Positions 8,823-19,561 of a stretch of DNA of 64,000 bases are shown here, piece after piece. The notes under the pieces were generated by a model that saw only the letters and a program-made list of their open reading frames with translations, did no database searches and was not told where the DNA came from. Each line of letters opens with the position of its first letter. The first letter of the stretch is position 1. A program made the translations under genes and the position numbers. The stretch covers positions 160,562-224,561 of the forward strand of contig BTVY01000002.1 in assembly GCA_045863335.1 (NCBI GenBank), written 5' to 3'. The DNA comes from Candidatus Hydrogenedentota bacterium (GTDB taxonomy: Bacteria > Hydrogenedentota > Hydrogenedentia > Hydrogenedentales > SLHB01).

Positions 8823-11342
8823 TCATGGCGTACCGACGGTGGCGTTCCAGGTTCCGTGCTGTTCGGGAGGGTTGAAGCGATCCCAGACCCAGGTAACGGT
8901 GCCGCTGATACCGCCGGGCGCGATGACGCCTTCATAGCGCGCGGTCAAGCCTTTTGCCGTACCCTCGGTGTCGTTGCGGGTGAGGACAATGCGCTTTCCG
9001 TCGTAAGACTCCACATAGAGTTTGGCGGCGGCGCCGGTCATCCACTTCGCGTCGTAGCCCGAACCGTTCCAGGTCCAGGTACCGGCGAAGGTGCCGAGAC
9101 TCGAAGTTTCTTTCATGTTCAGTAGGGCGGGCAGCGACGTGCCGGTGTCCTTCGCGGCAACGCGGGATTGGTTCTGGGACTGCGATTGGCTATTCGCGCC
9201 CGACCGGCCGCCTTGGTTTGACTTCATGTTGGGATCGTCGCCGAGGGGAATCGGGAGATCGCCGTGCCCCTCCGTCACCCGGGTGACGGGTTGCCGGTTT
9301 ACCGCAACCGCATTGAAGCCATCCAGCGGATCGCCTGCGTCCGCATTTCCCATGGTAGGCTTCCGCACGACGCTACTAAGATAACCGGGGTCTTGGAGGC
9401 TGGCGATACCCGTGGGATTGCGCTCGATTAGCGTGAGGAGATCGGCGGGTTCCGCGCCGGGCTGCAGTTCAATCAGCCCTTTCATCAAGGCATCCAGCCA
9501 GGCGGCCTGCTTCTGCCGCACCGATAACTCCTGCTGCGCATCGAGGGTCAATTCGCCGGCAAGGAAGCTGCTGAGATCGTCGAGTCCCTCCATACCCGAA
9601 GTCATTTCGTCCTGTACCCAATGGTCAACGGGTTTCAGGAAGTCACTCTCCAACACCATACGGCCGGCCCCGTAGGCGCCGATGGCCGTGTAGTACGCGC
9701 CAGCTGCGCCAGGGAACACCAGCATTGCGCCAGCAGCCTTGCCGGCATCGAGCGCTTGTTGTACCGCTTCCGCTTCCAGTTTCTCGGCGTCGGCGACGAG
9801 CACGCGCGCTACCTCTTCGTCGGTTGTTAGCGCCGCCTCCTCCAGGAGTTGCATGGCCTTGGAAAGCTTGTAGCCGATGGATCCGGTTTCGTACGCAACA
9901 CCGGCAACCGCGACGGCTCCAAGCGCCCTCCCTCCGGCGGTATTCACTGACTGCCGTGCGGCCGACGCTTCGGCTCCCAATTCACTTAGCCCGATGGCTT
10001 CCTGGAGATAGGTATCCGCGATGGCGATGCGCCGCATGGCCAGTTCGATCTTTGATTGGCGCACCGCTTCCGGGGTGATTTCTTCCGGGGCGATTTCAAT
10101 GTTTCTGCCTTCGGCAGCAGCGCGTTCCATGCGCTTGAGTTCGAGGCGGTCCTTCACGTTGTCCACAAACACGTCTTGCGGCGATTCTCCCGCTCTCGCG
10201 CGGCGAATGATCTCGGCGGGCGTATCGCCCAGCACTTGGGCGGCCTCGATCTGGCTGGCGCCTTTACGGATGATCGTCTCCGGCGTTTCGCCCATGGCAC
10301 GCAATTGCTCGCGCGCAGTTTCCATCGAGATCTTTCCCTCGGCCACTTTGCGCAGGATGTTGGTGCCCTCGACGACCTGGTTGTGAACTTCGCCCCCGCG
10401 GGCTTCCACGCGCGGCAGCACCTGGCGATCGAATTGTTTGGTGTACTGACGCGCCTGTTCTAGCTCCCATGCCTGCGCGTCGGCCTTCGCAATCTGGCGA
10501 AAACGCTCGGCCACCTCCCCCTTTAGGCCCTGTTCGCTGATGAACCGTTCCGCTGCATCTTTGATGTCGAGGGCCCGGTTCTTGCCGAGGTCACTCTTGT
10601 GTTCCATCACCTGCGACAGTTGTTGCGGGTCGCGGAGCGGAGCGCCTTTGTCGCCGACAATGATCTCCCCGCCTTCCGTTATGATTTCGTACTTCCCCGA
10701 GGCGGGATTGTAGACGGCTTTCTTCCCGCCGCCGCCGTAAGCCTCTGGATGGGACCGGTTCGTGACTTCGACGGATTGACTCTCCGCGAAGTGTTTCGCC
10801 ACATCGCGGGACGGCGCCGGCTCACCGTTGGCGGCCTCGTAATACGCCTCATGGGCGACCTGCTGAGAGATTTTCAGGGGGACGTCTTTCCCCTTCACCT
10901 GGGCGGTCACGTCCCAATCCTGGCCGACCTTGACCACGTCGGAGGGGTTCGTCGCCTCGAAGAACGTTACCTCGCTCTCGGGAACGTTGTAGTGCTGCGC
11001 CAGTCTTTGCTTGATGATTGACTTCGTCTGCGCTTGAACGGCGGTGAGATCTTGGTTCAGACGGATCTTGAATGCGTCGCTTTTCAAAGCGTTCACCTGC
11101 CGGATGGCGAGCGGGTCCTTCTGCACCTCCAACGCGGCCTGCCGAATCGCGGCGGAATTACCGCTCTCGAGCGCGGCTTCGTACAGAGCGATCCGTTGAT
11201 TGGCGCGGAAGACGGACTGTTCGAAGCTATTCAATGCGGAGGGATCAAGTCCAATTGAGTCCTGACCAGAAGCAGGGAAGAACGTGCATGAGATCAGAAT
11301 GGCAGAAATTGCAGAGAACCGCGGGAGATGTTGGCACAGCAT
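8823..11342 (-). CDS. Large secreted hypothetical protein
   Basis: Long ORF, RBS GAGGAGG, N-terminal signal-like segment, Trp/Gly-rich C-terminal beta domain. Confidence 0.8.
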   Translation of the reverse strand: MLCQHLPRFSAISAILISCTFFPASGQDSIGLDPSALNSFEQSVFRANQRIALYEAALESGNSAAIRQAALEVQKDPLAIRQVNALKSDAFKIRLNQDLTAVQAQTKSIIKQRLAQHYNVPESEVTFFEATNPSDVVKVGQDWDVTAQVKGKDVPLKISQQVAHEAYYEAANGEPAPSRDVAKHFAESQSVEVTNRSHPEAYGGGGKKAVYNPASGKYEIITEGGEIIVGDKGAPLRDPQQLSQVMEHKSDLGKNRALDIKDAAERFISEQGLKGEVAERFRQIAKADAQAWELEQARQYTKQFDRQVLPRVEARGGEVHNQVVEGTNILRKVAEGKISMETAREQLRAMGETPETIIRKGASQIEAAQVLGDTPAEIIRRARAGESPQDVFVDNVKDRLELKRMERAAAEGRNIEIAPEEITPEAVRQSKIELAMRRIAIADTYLQEAIGLSELGAEASAARQSVNTAGGRALGAVAVAGVAYETGSIGYKLSKAMQLLEEAALTTDEEVARVLVADAEKLEAEAVQQALDAGKAAGAMLVFPGAAGAYYTAIGAYGAGRMVLESDFLKPVDHWVQDEMTSGMEGLDDLSSFLAGELTLDAQQELSVRQKQAAWLDALMKGLIELQPGAEPADLLTLIERNPTGIASLQDPGYLSSVVRKPTMGNADAGDPLDGFNAVAVNRQPVTRVTEGHGDLPIPLGDDPNMKSNQGGRSGANSQSQSQNQSRVAAKDTGTSLPALLNMKETSSLGTFAGTWTWNGSGYDAKWMTGAAAKLYVESYDGKRIVLTRNDTEGTAKGLTARYEGVIAPGGISGTVTWVWDRFNPPEQHGTWNATVGTP

Positions 11343-11836
11343 GTCGCCTCCTCGGTGCACGAACTGGCCCGAACGGCCGGCGAAGACGCAATTGCCGAGA
11401 CGAGGCAATGAAAGCAGCCTGCATCACCCTCGTGCACGCCATCTGTCCATATTGAGTGCGTTGGCACCTTGCAGCAATGTGACTCTACTCTAGACCCGAT
11501 GCTCCAATGAGTCAACACATTTCTCGTTCAGTATTCGCCGCTTGCGCAACGCAAGGGATGTACTTCACTTGCCCCATGTTAACTATTGACGCATTGCATC
11601 CATGGGTACCATGGAGAAGCGGCGAAGAGGACCAAGCACGGAATTGGATAGGTGCATATGCACCGCCGATTCTGTTGTCGCTGTCAATGTGACGAGCATT
11701 CGATTTCCCGGGCAGTAAGCTCGTATGCTCATTGGCGTATCCAGGGTGTTCGGCGGCACACGCGGCCACAATCGGTTCACGCGGGAGGGAGAGAATGGTT
11801 ACTCCACACGGCAACTCAATACCGTGTCGTAAACGC

Positions 11837-14203
11837 ATGTTCAATCGGCGGACGTATCGTATCGGGATGCTATGGGCACTGACCGGCACCCTGGCGGTCC
11901 ATTTACTGTGCTTCTCGGAACCCGGAGTGGGCGCGGTCACCACGGAGGAGTTTGCGCGAGAGGTGGAACGGGTTCTGCCCATCGAGGAGCCGCTCGATTA
12001 CCACAAGCGGCTGGCGGAGGGGCCTGTACACGTCCCGCGGCGGAATCCCGACGCGTCTCCGCGGGCCGAAGAGATGGAGGTTCCGAACCAAGGCTGGAGG
12101 CTGGTGTGGAAACCGCGCGAGTCGGTGGTGATCCAAGGAGCGATTCTCGATTTTCAGGACTACTTGCGCACGTCGATGGACGCGGAAGTTACGGTTGAGG
12201 GCAGGGAGTCGCTCGACGACTGGCAAGAACTCAAGCATTGCATCGTCGCGGGAACGCGCGACGAGCTGCCCGGTTGCGGGAACACGCTGCAAGGGCCGAA
12301 GGACTACGAGATCGTGGTGACACCGGAGCGGGTGACGGTGTGCGGGTTCGATGATCGCGGCGTGATGTTTGGGCTATACAACCTCGAAGCCCGGATGAAC
12401 CTGCGCGAGGCCCCTATCCTGCCCGCGGACCTGCACACAATACGGCACAGCAAATACGATGCGCGCATGGTGCAGTCGTGGATGGGTTGGATGGAATACC
12501 CCGACGCAGTGCTGGCCCATATGGCGCATGACGGCTTTGACGCGATCTACGCGTCGGTGTACACGAATCCCAATGGCGACCGCACAACGGCGGAGCATTC
12601 GACGGACTTCTACGCGCGTCTGATGCATCGCATCCGGCGCCAAGATCCGGCACGCGTCCACGATCTGATCGAACGGGCGGCCCGGTTCGGAATCAAGGTC
12701 TACACGCCGATCATCTATCAGTACGTCGGCACACCCGAAAGCGAAGCAGACCTGCGCAGGCTCATGCGGGAGATCCTCGCGGAGTTTCCTGATATCCACG
12801 GTTACGTCTTGCTCACCGAGGGTTTCTGGTACAAGACCTGGGGCGGCGGCCATGGTGCGAGCGAGGAATACATGCGGGATTGGGCCGAAAACTGGTGCCA
12901 TGCGGTAGGTGTCGTGGCGAAAGAATGCCATCGGGTGAATCCAGACATCGAGATTCTGCCCTGGGAGTACAACATCGATTTCCGTCCGCAGAACGTGGCG
13001 ATGAAGCGTTACTTCATCCAGCAACTTCCGGAGGGAACAACGCCGTTGCTGACCTGGGAGAACGGAAAGAGTTTCGAGATCGATGGCTTGCAGGGATACC
13101 TGCGCGACTACGCGATCAGCCAGGTCGGTCCGGCAGAAGTGACGGCCGCGCAATTCGAGGAGGCGCGGCAACGGGGCATGAAGGTGTATTCCAATGCGCA
13201 GACTTTCGTGTGCGGCGCGCAGTTGCAGACGCTCCCCTATCACCCGTTCCCGTACCAATGGCACGAGCGGTACATGGCGATGGACGCGCTGGGCGTGAAC
13301 GGGACGCTCGAAAGCTGGTCCACAGGGTACACGCCAAACATCATGACGGAGTTGCGCGCGTGGTACTGCTGGAGCGACGCGCCGCCGCTGGACGATCTGC
13401 TCGGCGCGATCGCGACGCGCGAGTTTGGCCCGGAGGGAAGAGATCTGGCGCTGGAAGCATGGCGACACTTCAGCGAGGCGATTCGCACCTTGCCGGACAC
13501 GGGTCCCTACATGGGTACGGGCAACGCCACGGGGAATCCCCTCTTTTTTCAGCAGCCGCCCGCGCGGACAGTGACCTTTCAATATTCGTGGATGGATCAG
13601 AATGCCTGGATGGGCTATCTGGGCGCGGAGATCAATCCATACTGGCCGTTCACGGTGTCGCGCATGGTGTTTATCCCTGATTTCACCAATGGGTCGAACC
13701 GGGCCGAGTCCTACGCGCGAAGCGTCTCGGGCATTGAGGCGCCGCCGGAGGTACAGGTGCTTCCTGTGTTTCTGAAGTATCTGCGGCAAACTACCGATCG
13801 ATTCGGCGAAGGCTTGAATGCGTACCGCGCCGCGGCGTTGCGGTGTCCGGAGGCAAAACGGGCGAGCGCATTGCACGAGGTCGTTGTCGCGGAGCAGATT
13901 CAGCGGATGCTTCTCAGCAATTACGCGATCCTGGAGTTCGAAGACCTGCGCCTGAAACTGGCCGCCGAGCAAGATCGCGACAAGGCAAATGCGATCCTCG
14001 ATCGCTTGGAAGCAATCGTGCGGGACGAGATCGCGCGCACCGAGTTGTCGCTGCTGGCGGTCACCCGGGATTCGCGTCTTGGATTTCAGTTCGAAACGGA
14101 TTATGTTTTCACACCATACTCGTTGCGGGAGAAGCTTGAGGTGCTTCGCGAAACACGCGACGTGCAACTGCCCGAGCGAAGGGCGGCAATCAACAAGAGT
14201 TAA
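11837..14203 (+). CDS. Secreted glycoside-hydrolase-like protein (GH20/GH67-type N-terminal domain plus putative barrel)
   Basis: Signal peptide. YEIVVTPERVTVCGFDDRGVMFGLYNL resembles hexosaminidase domain 2. Family not assignable by eye. Confidence 0.6.
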   Translation: MFNRRTYRIGMLWALTGTLAVHLLCFSEPGVGAVTTEEFAREVERVLPIEEPLDYHKRLAEGPVHVPRRNPDASPRAEEMEVPNQGWRLVWKPRESVVIQGAILDFQDYLRTSMDAEVTVEGRESLDDWQELKHCIVAGTRDELPGCGNTLQGPKDYEIVVTPERVTVCGFDDRGVMFGLYNLEARMNLREAPILPADLHTIRHSKYDARMVQSWMGWMEYPDAVLAHMAHDGFDAIYASVYTNPNGDRTTAEHSTDFYARLMHRIRRQDPARVHDLIERAARFGIKVYTPIIYQYVGTPESEADLRRLMREILAEFPDIHGYVLLTEGFWYKTWGGGHGASEEYMRDWAENWCHAVGVVAKECHRVNPDIEILPWEYNIDFRPQNVAMKRYFIQQLPEGTTPLLTWENGKSFEIDGLQGYLRDYAISQVGPAEVTAAQFEEARQRGMKVYSNAQTFVCGAQLQTLPYHPFPYQWHERYMAMDALGVNGTLESWSTGYTPNIMTELRAWYCWSDAPPLDDLLGAIATREFGPEGRDLALEAWRHFSEAIRTLPDTGPYMGTGNATGNPLFFQQPPARTVTFQYSWMDQNAWMGYLGAEINPYWPFTVSRMVFIPDFTNGSNRAESYARSVSGIEAPPEVQVLPVFLKYLRQTTDRFGEGLNAYRAAALRCPEAKRASALHEVVVAEQIQRMLLSNYAILEFEDLRLKLAAEQDRDKANAILDRLEAIVRDEIARTELSLLAVTRDSRLGFQFETDYVFTPYSLREKLEVLRETRDVQLPERRAAINKS

Positions 14204-14246
14204 AAGCGCCTGAATACGCGCTATCACCTTATAAAGGATTCTGAGA

Positions 14247-15767
14247 ATGGACCGACGCCACTTCTTGCGACTGGGTGCGACGACGACCGCGGCGGGGTCG
14301 CTTTGGTCGGCCGTGAGCGCAGGCGCGTTCGCGGATGAGCAGAACCTGGCAGCCGGGTTAGCCACCGATCCCGACCCCTCGCTGATCCGCGACTACTCGG
14401 AGGAGGACCACCGCAGGCGATTGCAGAACATTGGACACTGCACGCGAGCGATCCGGTCCTGCATGCGCAAGCATCTGGTAACGGACTACCTGCCGGCCCA
14501 GTGTTGCTACAGCCTGGGCGAGTATCCGGGCCGCGCGCCGTATGACCCGGATGAAACCGACGAGGAAGAGCTGGACCGGCTCCGTGCGCACGGCGTGCAG
14601 GTGCTCCAGGTTTTCGACGATTGGAACGATTCGCTCGGACTCTTTGGCGGCGACAAGTACACGGCCTGCAACCCGGAGGGGTATCAACGTTTCATCGACA
14701 TGGCCCACCGGCGGGGCATGAAGGTGCTCACGTACACCTCGCCCTGCTTCATTGAACGCGCCCACCCGGAATTCCAACAGGCGTGGAGCCGCGAAGGCGA
14801 TTTCCTCGTGGTGGGATATTGGGACATGGCGCGCTGCTCGCCCGCGAGTCCCGGCTGGCGCGCCTTCGTGTTGCCGCGCATCGCCCGCATCCTTGATGAG
14901 TACGGATCGGATGGCATTTACATGGACGGCGGGTATCTTTCCAATCAGCACGCGGCCAAACGCGCCATGCCGTTTGCAGAGGACGAGGTCGAAGCCTTTG
15001 AGGAAACTCCGGATCACGATGGCGCGTTTGCCGATCTCCTCGCGCTGGTGTACGCAGAAGTAAAACGTCGCGGGGGTATCCTGAAGCTGCACGTTAACGC
15101 GGCGGAGCAACCGCAGTGCGACGGGCTGAAGGTATACGACTACCTCTGGGTGGGTGAAGGCGTCGCAGGGGCGGATGGCTTGCGCGAAACCGTGAAGAAC
15201 TATCCCCCCTATCTCGTGCCGTGCATCGACCTGGGTTTCGCCTCGGTTGAAACCGAGGACGAGCCCTTTCTCCACTCTATCCCGTACCTGCAGTTTCCCG
15301 TGCTCATGGGTGGACGCAAATTCACGGGCGAGCGCGGCATGATTCCCGGGGTGAAGTACAACGACGATTTCTGGATGCAGCGCTGTCGCGACGCCTGGAC
15401 GCAGTACCAGGCGGACCCCGACAAGCTCTTCTGCTACAGCGCCTGGGACGCGGTGCCGGGAAGCGCGGAGACCCGGCCGACCCACGCGCGCTGGTTGAAG
15501 CGATACCTGCCGCTTGTGGAAGAAGGAACCTGGGCCTGGTTGGAGATTGGAGACTCCGCGCTGTTCGAGGCTCCCCTGCCGGAAGGCGTCGTCGCTTCTG
15601 CGTTCGCCAATCGAGACCTGCACCTGGCGCTCGCGAATTACGGGCACTCGCCGGTTGAAGTTCAAACGGCGGCGACATACACGGACGTTGACGACGCTAG
15701 CGCAACCGGTTCGACCACCTGGAAGTTAGGGCCGCGCAAACTTCGTATCCTGCGGTTGACTGCATAG
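14247..15767 (+). CDS. Tat-exported glycoside-hydrolase-like TIM-barrel protein
   Basis: MDRRHFL Tat motif; FIDMAHRRGMKVLTY and DGIYMDG barrel motifs. Confidence 0.65.
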   Translation: MDRRHFLRLGATTTAAGSLWSAVSAGAFADEQNLAAGLATDPDPSLIRDYSEEDHRRRLQNIGHCTRAIRSCMRKHLVTDYLPAQCCYSLGEYPGRAPYDPDETDEEELDRLRAHGVQVLQVFDDWNDSLGLFGGDKYTACNPEGYQRFIDMAHRRGMKVLTYTSPCFIERAHPEFQQAWSREGDFLVVGYWDMARCSPASPGWRAFVLPRIARILDEYGSDGIYMDGGYLSNQHAAKRAMPFAEDEVEAFEETPDHDGAFADLLALVYAEVKRRGGILKLHVNAAEQPQCDGLKVYDYLWVGEGVAGADGLRETVKNYPPYLVPCIDLGFASVETEDEPFLHSIPYLQFPVLMGGRKFTGERGMIPGVKYNDDFWMQRCRDAWTQYQADPDKLFCYSAWDAVPGSAETRPTHARWLKRYLPLVEEGTWAWLEIGDSALFEAPLPEGVVASAFANRDLHLALANYGHSPVEVQTAATYTDVDDASATGSTTWKLGPRKLRILRLTA

Positions 15768-15785
15768 GGAGCCGGATACTGAACC

Positions 15786-16307
15786 CTAGGTCGTGATGTC
15801 GAGGATTCCGTTCACGCAGGCGTTGATAAAGCGGCCGACCAGGGGAATCCGGCTCACGGTGACGTCGTCGTTGCGGTCGACGTGGACGGCCACGTCGCGC
15901 AATTGAGCGCCGTACCGGGCCAAATCGCCGGTCAACATGTCGTCCCACCCTTCGACCAGGCGCTGCACCTTCTCCAGTTCGCCCGCATCGAGCCAGAGGC
16001 CGCCGCAGCCGGTGCACCGGTCGAGAATGATGCCGGTGTTACCGCCAAAGTTGATTGGGTCGGTTGGGGAGCCATCTTTGGGACATACGAGATCGCGGTC
16101 GATGTTCTCCAGTTTCACGCCGTGAATGGTGGTCGATTCCGCGATGGCTTTCCGGGCTTGTTCGTCAAACTTTTGTTCGCGGATTTCCGTGATGTGTTTT
16201 AGTTCATCGCCGTCGAGCCATTCCCCGCCACAACCTGGACAGGATTCGAGGGCGATACCTTCATAGGTGATGGGTTCCAGCGTGCGACCACATCCTGGAC
16301 AGTTCAT
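15786..16307 (-). CDS. Tandem zf-TFIIB zinc-ribbon protein
   Basis: CPGC...CPGCGGEWLDGDEL and CPKD...CTGCGGLWLDAGEL. Confidence 0.85.
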   Translation of the reverse strand: MNCPGCGRTLEPITYEGIALESCPGCGGEWLDGDELKHITEIREQKFDEQARKAIAESTTIHGVKLENIDRDLVCPKDGSPTDPINFGGNTGIILDRCTGCGGLWLDAGELEKVQRLVEGWDDMLTGDLARYGAQLRDVAVHVDRNDDVTVSRIPLVGRFINACVNGILDITT

Positions 16308-16498
16308 GATGCGCTCCTTTCCCGCGAGTCAGGCTACTTCTCCTTGCGGGGATGAGCGTAGCAAGTTGAACGGCTCGCGGCAAGGCCTTGACCAGGAGAT
16401 GAACGCGCACGCAAATACGCGGTACTATTGCCCGGAGTGTGCCGAAATGCATCCGGAGAAACCACAACACGGGGTATGGGTACGTGAAAACCGCAATC

Positions 16499-19400
16499 AT
16501 GTTTCTACGAATTGTGTCGCTTAGCCTGGCCATTTCCTTGCTGCCACATGCCGTGGCCCAAGATACGCTGCAACGAGATTTCCTTACGCCGCCGGACGCG
16601 ACTAAGCCGCGGTGTTATTGGTATTGGATGGACGGGCACATCACCAAAGAGGGGATCACCAAGGACCTGGAAGCGATGAAACGTTTCGGTATCGGCGAGG
16701 GGTACATCGGCATCATCAGCGGCCAGAGTGGCATGCCCGCGGAGCCGGACGCGCCGGAAGCGCTCTCGGATGAATGGTGGAGCTTCGTGGAACATGCGGT
16801 CCGCGAGGGCGGGCGGCTCGGGGTAAACGTCGGATTCTTCAACTCGCCAGGGTGGAGTCAGTCCGGCGGTCCCTGGGTGCAGCCGGATCAGGCGATGCGC
16901 TACGTAACCTTACCGGAGATTCGCATCACCGGACCGCAACAGTTTGCGGGGGCACTGCCGAAACCGGAAGGGCCGTTTCAAGATATCGCGGTCTTGGCGT
17001 TTCCGGCGCCGGAGGGTGAAGGCGAGTTTGCATCTGAAACGGCGCGGACCGCGAAGTCCGTCGACTTCGCCATGGATGCGGCGTTCACAGCGCGCAGTCT
17101 TACGGTACATCCCGTAAATAAGGTGAATGTTACTGGGGAACTTCAGGTATCCGACGACGGCAACACGTATCGCACGATCAAAACGTTCGCGATTGACCGG
17201 CACAATCTCGAGATCAATGTGGGTCCCGTGCCGCTGGCGCCGATTGTGATTGCATTTCCAGCGACGACGGCGCGCTACTTCCGGCTCGTCTTCTCCGAGG
17301 ACTGCGAACTGGGCGAGATTCACCTCTCCCCCGCCGCTCGCGTGGAAAGCATCGCGGAGAAGTCGATGACCAAGATGTTCCAGGACCCGCTGCCGCCTTT
17401 CGATTTCTATACCTGGCCGCAACAAGCGGAACCGGAACCGGAATTTGCCATCGATGCGGGTGCGGTCGTCGATCTCACGGATCGGTTGGACTCGGACGAT
17501 ACGCTTCGCTGGGACGTGCCGGAGGGCAATTGGATCGTCGTGCGCACAGCGATGACGCCGACGGGAACGAAGAACAGTCCCTCTCCCCCGAAGGCCACGG
17601 GGTTGGAAGTGGACAAGATGAACCGGGAACACCTCAAGGTTCATTTTGACTCCTACGTCGGCAATTTGCTGAACCGGATACCGGCGGACGAGCGGACGGC
17701 CTGGAAACACGTGGTGGCCGACAGCTACGAGATGGGACCGCAGAATTGGACGGACGGGTTCGCCGAAGATTTTCAAAATCGCTACGGCTACGACCCAATG
17801 CCCTGGATGCCGGTCCTCACGGGCCGCATCGTGGGTAGCGCCGATCAGTCGAACCGGTTTCTCTGGGACCTGCGCCGCATCGTGGCGGACCGCGTCGCGC
17901 GGGATTACGTGGGCAGCCTGCGCGATCTCTGCAACGAACATGGGCTGAAGATGTGGCTCGAAAACTACGGCCACTGGGGATTCCCCGGAGAGTTCTTGAA
18001 CTACGGCGGGTTCTGTGACGAGATTAGCGGCGAATTCTGGGTGACCGGCACGCTTGGCAGCATCGAACTGCGCGACGCAGCATCGGCCGCGCATATCTAC
18101 GATAAACCCATCGTGTGGGCGGAAGCCTTCACGGGCGGTCCGGCCTTCGTCAACACGCCGCGCGATTTCAAGGCCCGTTGCGACTGGGCCTTCTCCGAGG
18201 GCATCAATCAATACGTCCTGCACGTGATGATTCATCAGCCCTGGGAGGACCGGAAGCCGGGCATCAACGCGCCCTGGGGCACGGAGTTCAATCGTCACAA
18301 CACGTGGTTCGACTATGCGCAGTCCTGGGTCGAGTATTTGCGGCGGTGCAGTGTGTTGTTGCAGGCGGGCACGCCCGTGGCCGACATCGCCTACTTCATC
18401 GGAGAAGACGCGCCTAAGATGGCCGGCATCTGCGACCCGCCGTTGCCCGCGGGCTACGATTTCGACTACATCAACGCCGACGTCATCGAGAACACGCTGA
18501 AGGTGAAAGACGGCCGATTCGTGCTGCCGAACGGGGTGAGCTATGCGTTACTGGTTCTGCCTCAGTCGGAAACGATGCGGCCGGAACTATTGAAGCGGAT
18601 CCAGAAACTCGTCGGGGACGGCGGCGCTGTACTCGGTCCCAAACCGAGCCGGTCGCCGAGCATGGAGGGTTATCCAAAGTGCGACGACACGGTGCGGAAA
18701 CTCGCCGATTCGCTCTGGGATTCGGGTCGTGTTCAAACCGGTACGGATCTCTCCTCGGTGCTAACGGGTCTCGACGTGACGCCCGATGTGGTGTGCCCTG
18801 AAGACGTACTGTGGAAACATCGTAGCGACGGCAACTCGGATATCTACTTCGTATCGAATCAACGCTACGAGCCGCGCACGGTGGATGTGTCGTTTCGCGC
18901 GACAGGCACGCCGGAGTTATGGCGAGCAGATTCTGGCCGGATCGAATCGGTTCCCTTCGAGGAGCGCGACGGCCGCACCAGCTTGAGGCTCGACTTCGAG
19001 CCTGCGGGATCAGTGTTCGTGGTCTTCGGACGGAACACGCAAGGCATCCAGAACCCGCAGCCAGAGTATCCGGTGGTTGCAACGCTCAACGGGCCATGGC
19101 AAGTGGAGTTCCCGTCCCAGACCGCAACGTTCGACACATTGAGTTCCTGGACCGAAAACGCGGACCCCGAAATCAAATACTACTCCGGCACGGCGACGTA
19201 CCGAACGACGTTCACGTTGTCCGAAGACCCGTCATCCGCGACGCTCGATCTCGGCGTTGTCGACGAGATGGCGCGCGTGCGCGTTAACGGCATTGAGGTG
19301 GGGACCCTCTGGAAGCCTCCGTACACCGTCGACGTCAGCGAAGCCATCAAGCCCGGCGAAAACACGCTGGAACTCGACGTAGTCAACGTGTGGCTAAACC

Positions 19401-19531
19401 GCCTCATCGGCGACGCCCAGCCTGGCGTGGAAAATCCACAGACCTTCACAACGACCAAGTCATGGAAGGTCGACACGCCGCTGCAGTCGTCGGGGCTATT
19501 GGGCCCAGTCGTGATCTATGGTACGCGCTAA
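16499..19531 (+). CDS. Glycoside hydrolase family 106 (alpha-L-rhamnosidase-like)
   Basis: PRCYWYWMDGHITKEGITKDLEAM, GWSQSGGPW, DSYE, GEFW, AEAFT, C-terminal NRLIGD...SGLLGPV. Confidence 0.9.
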   Translation: MFLRIVSLSLAISLLPHAVAQDTLQRDFLTPPDATKPRCYWYWMDGHITKEGITKDLEAMKRFGIGEGYIGIISGQSGMPAEPDAPEALSDEWWSFVEHAVREGGRLGVNVGFFNSPGWSQSGGPWVQPDQAMRYVTLPEIRITGPQQFAGALPKPEGPFQDIAVLAFPAPEGEGEFASETARTAKSVDFAMDAAFTARSLTVHPVNKVNVTGELQVSDDGNTYRTIKTFAIDRHNLEINVGPVPLAPIVIAFPATTARYFRLVFSEDCELGEIHLSPAARVESIAEKSMTKMFQDPLPPFDFYTWPQQAEPEPEFAIDAGAVVDLTDRLDSDDTLRWDVPEGNWIVVRTAMTPTGTKNSPSPPKATGLEVDKMNREHLKVHFDSYVGNLLNRIPADERTAWKHVVADSYEMGPQNWTDGFAEDFQNRYGYDPMPWMPVLTGRIVGSADQSNRFLWDLRRIVADRVARDYVGSLRDLCNEHGLKMWLENYGHWGFPGEFLNYGGFCDEISGEFWVTGTLGSIELRDAASAAHIYDKPIVWAEAFTGGPAFVNTPRDFKARCDWAFSEGINQYVLHVMIHQPWEDRKPGINAPWGTEFNRHNTWFDYAQSWVEYLRRCSVLLQAGTPVADIAYFIGEDAPKMAGICDPPLPAGYDFDYINADVIENTLKVKDGRFVLPNGVSYALLVLPQSETMRPELLKRIQKLVGDGGAVLGPKPSRSPSMEGYPKCDDTVRKLADSLWDSGRVQTGTDLSSVLTGLDVTPDVVCPEDVLWKHRSDGNSDIYFVSNQRYEPRTVDVSFRATGTPELWRADSGRIESVPFEERDGRTSLRLDFEPAGSVFVVFGRNTQGIQNPQPEYPVVATLNGPWQVEFPSQTATFDTLSSWTENADPEIKYYSGTATYRTTFTLSEDPSSATLDLGVVDEMARVRVNGIEVGTLWKPPYTVDVSEAIKPGENTLELDVVNVWLNRLIGDAQPGVENPQTFTTTKSWKVDTPLQSSGLLGPVVIYGTR

Positions 19532-19561
19532 GGGCAAGGCTTCCTTCCGATGCCGGGACGC

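Noticed and set aside
12374-15665. Long antisense ORFs (663 aa and 435 aa)
   Set aside because: Shadow frames of high-GC genes on the opposite strand; Arg/Pro-rich with no motifs
16910-18298. 462-aa antisense ORF
   Set aside because: Lies entirely opposite the GH106 gene
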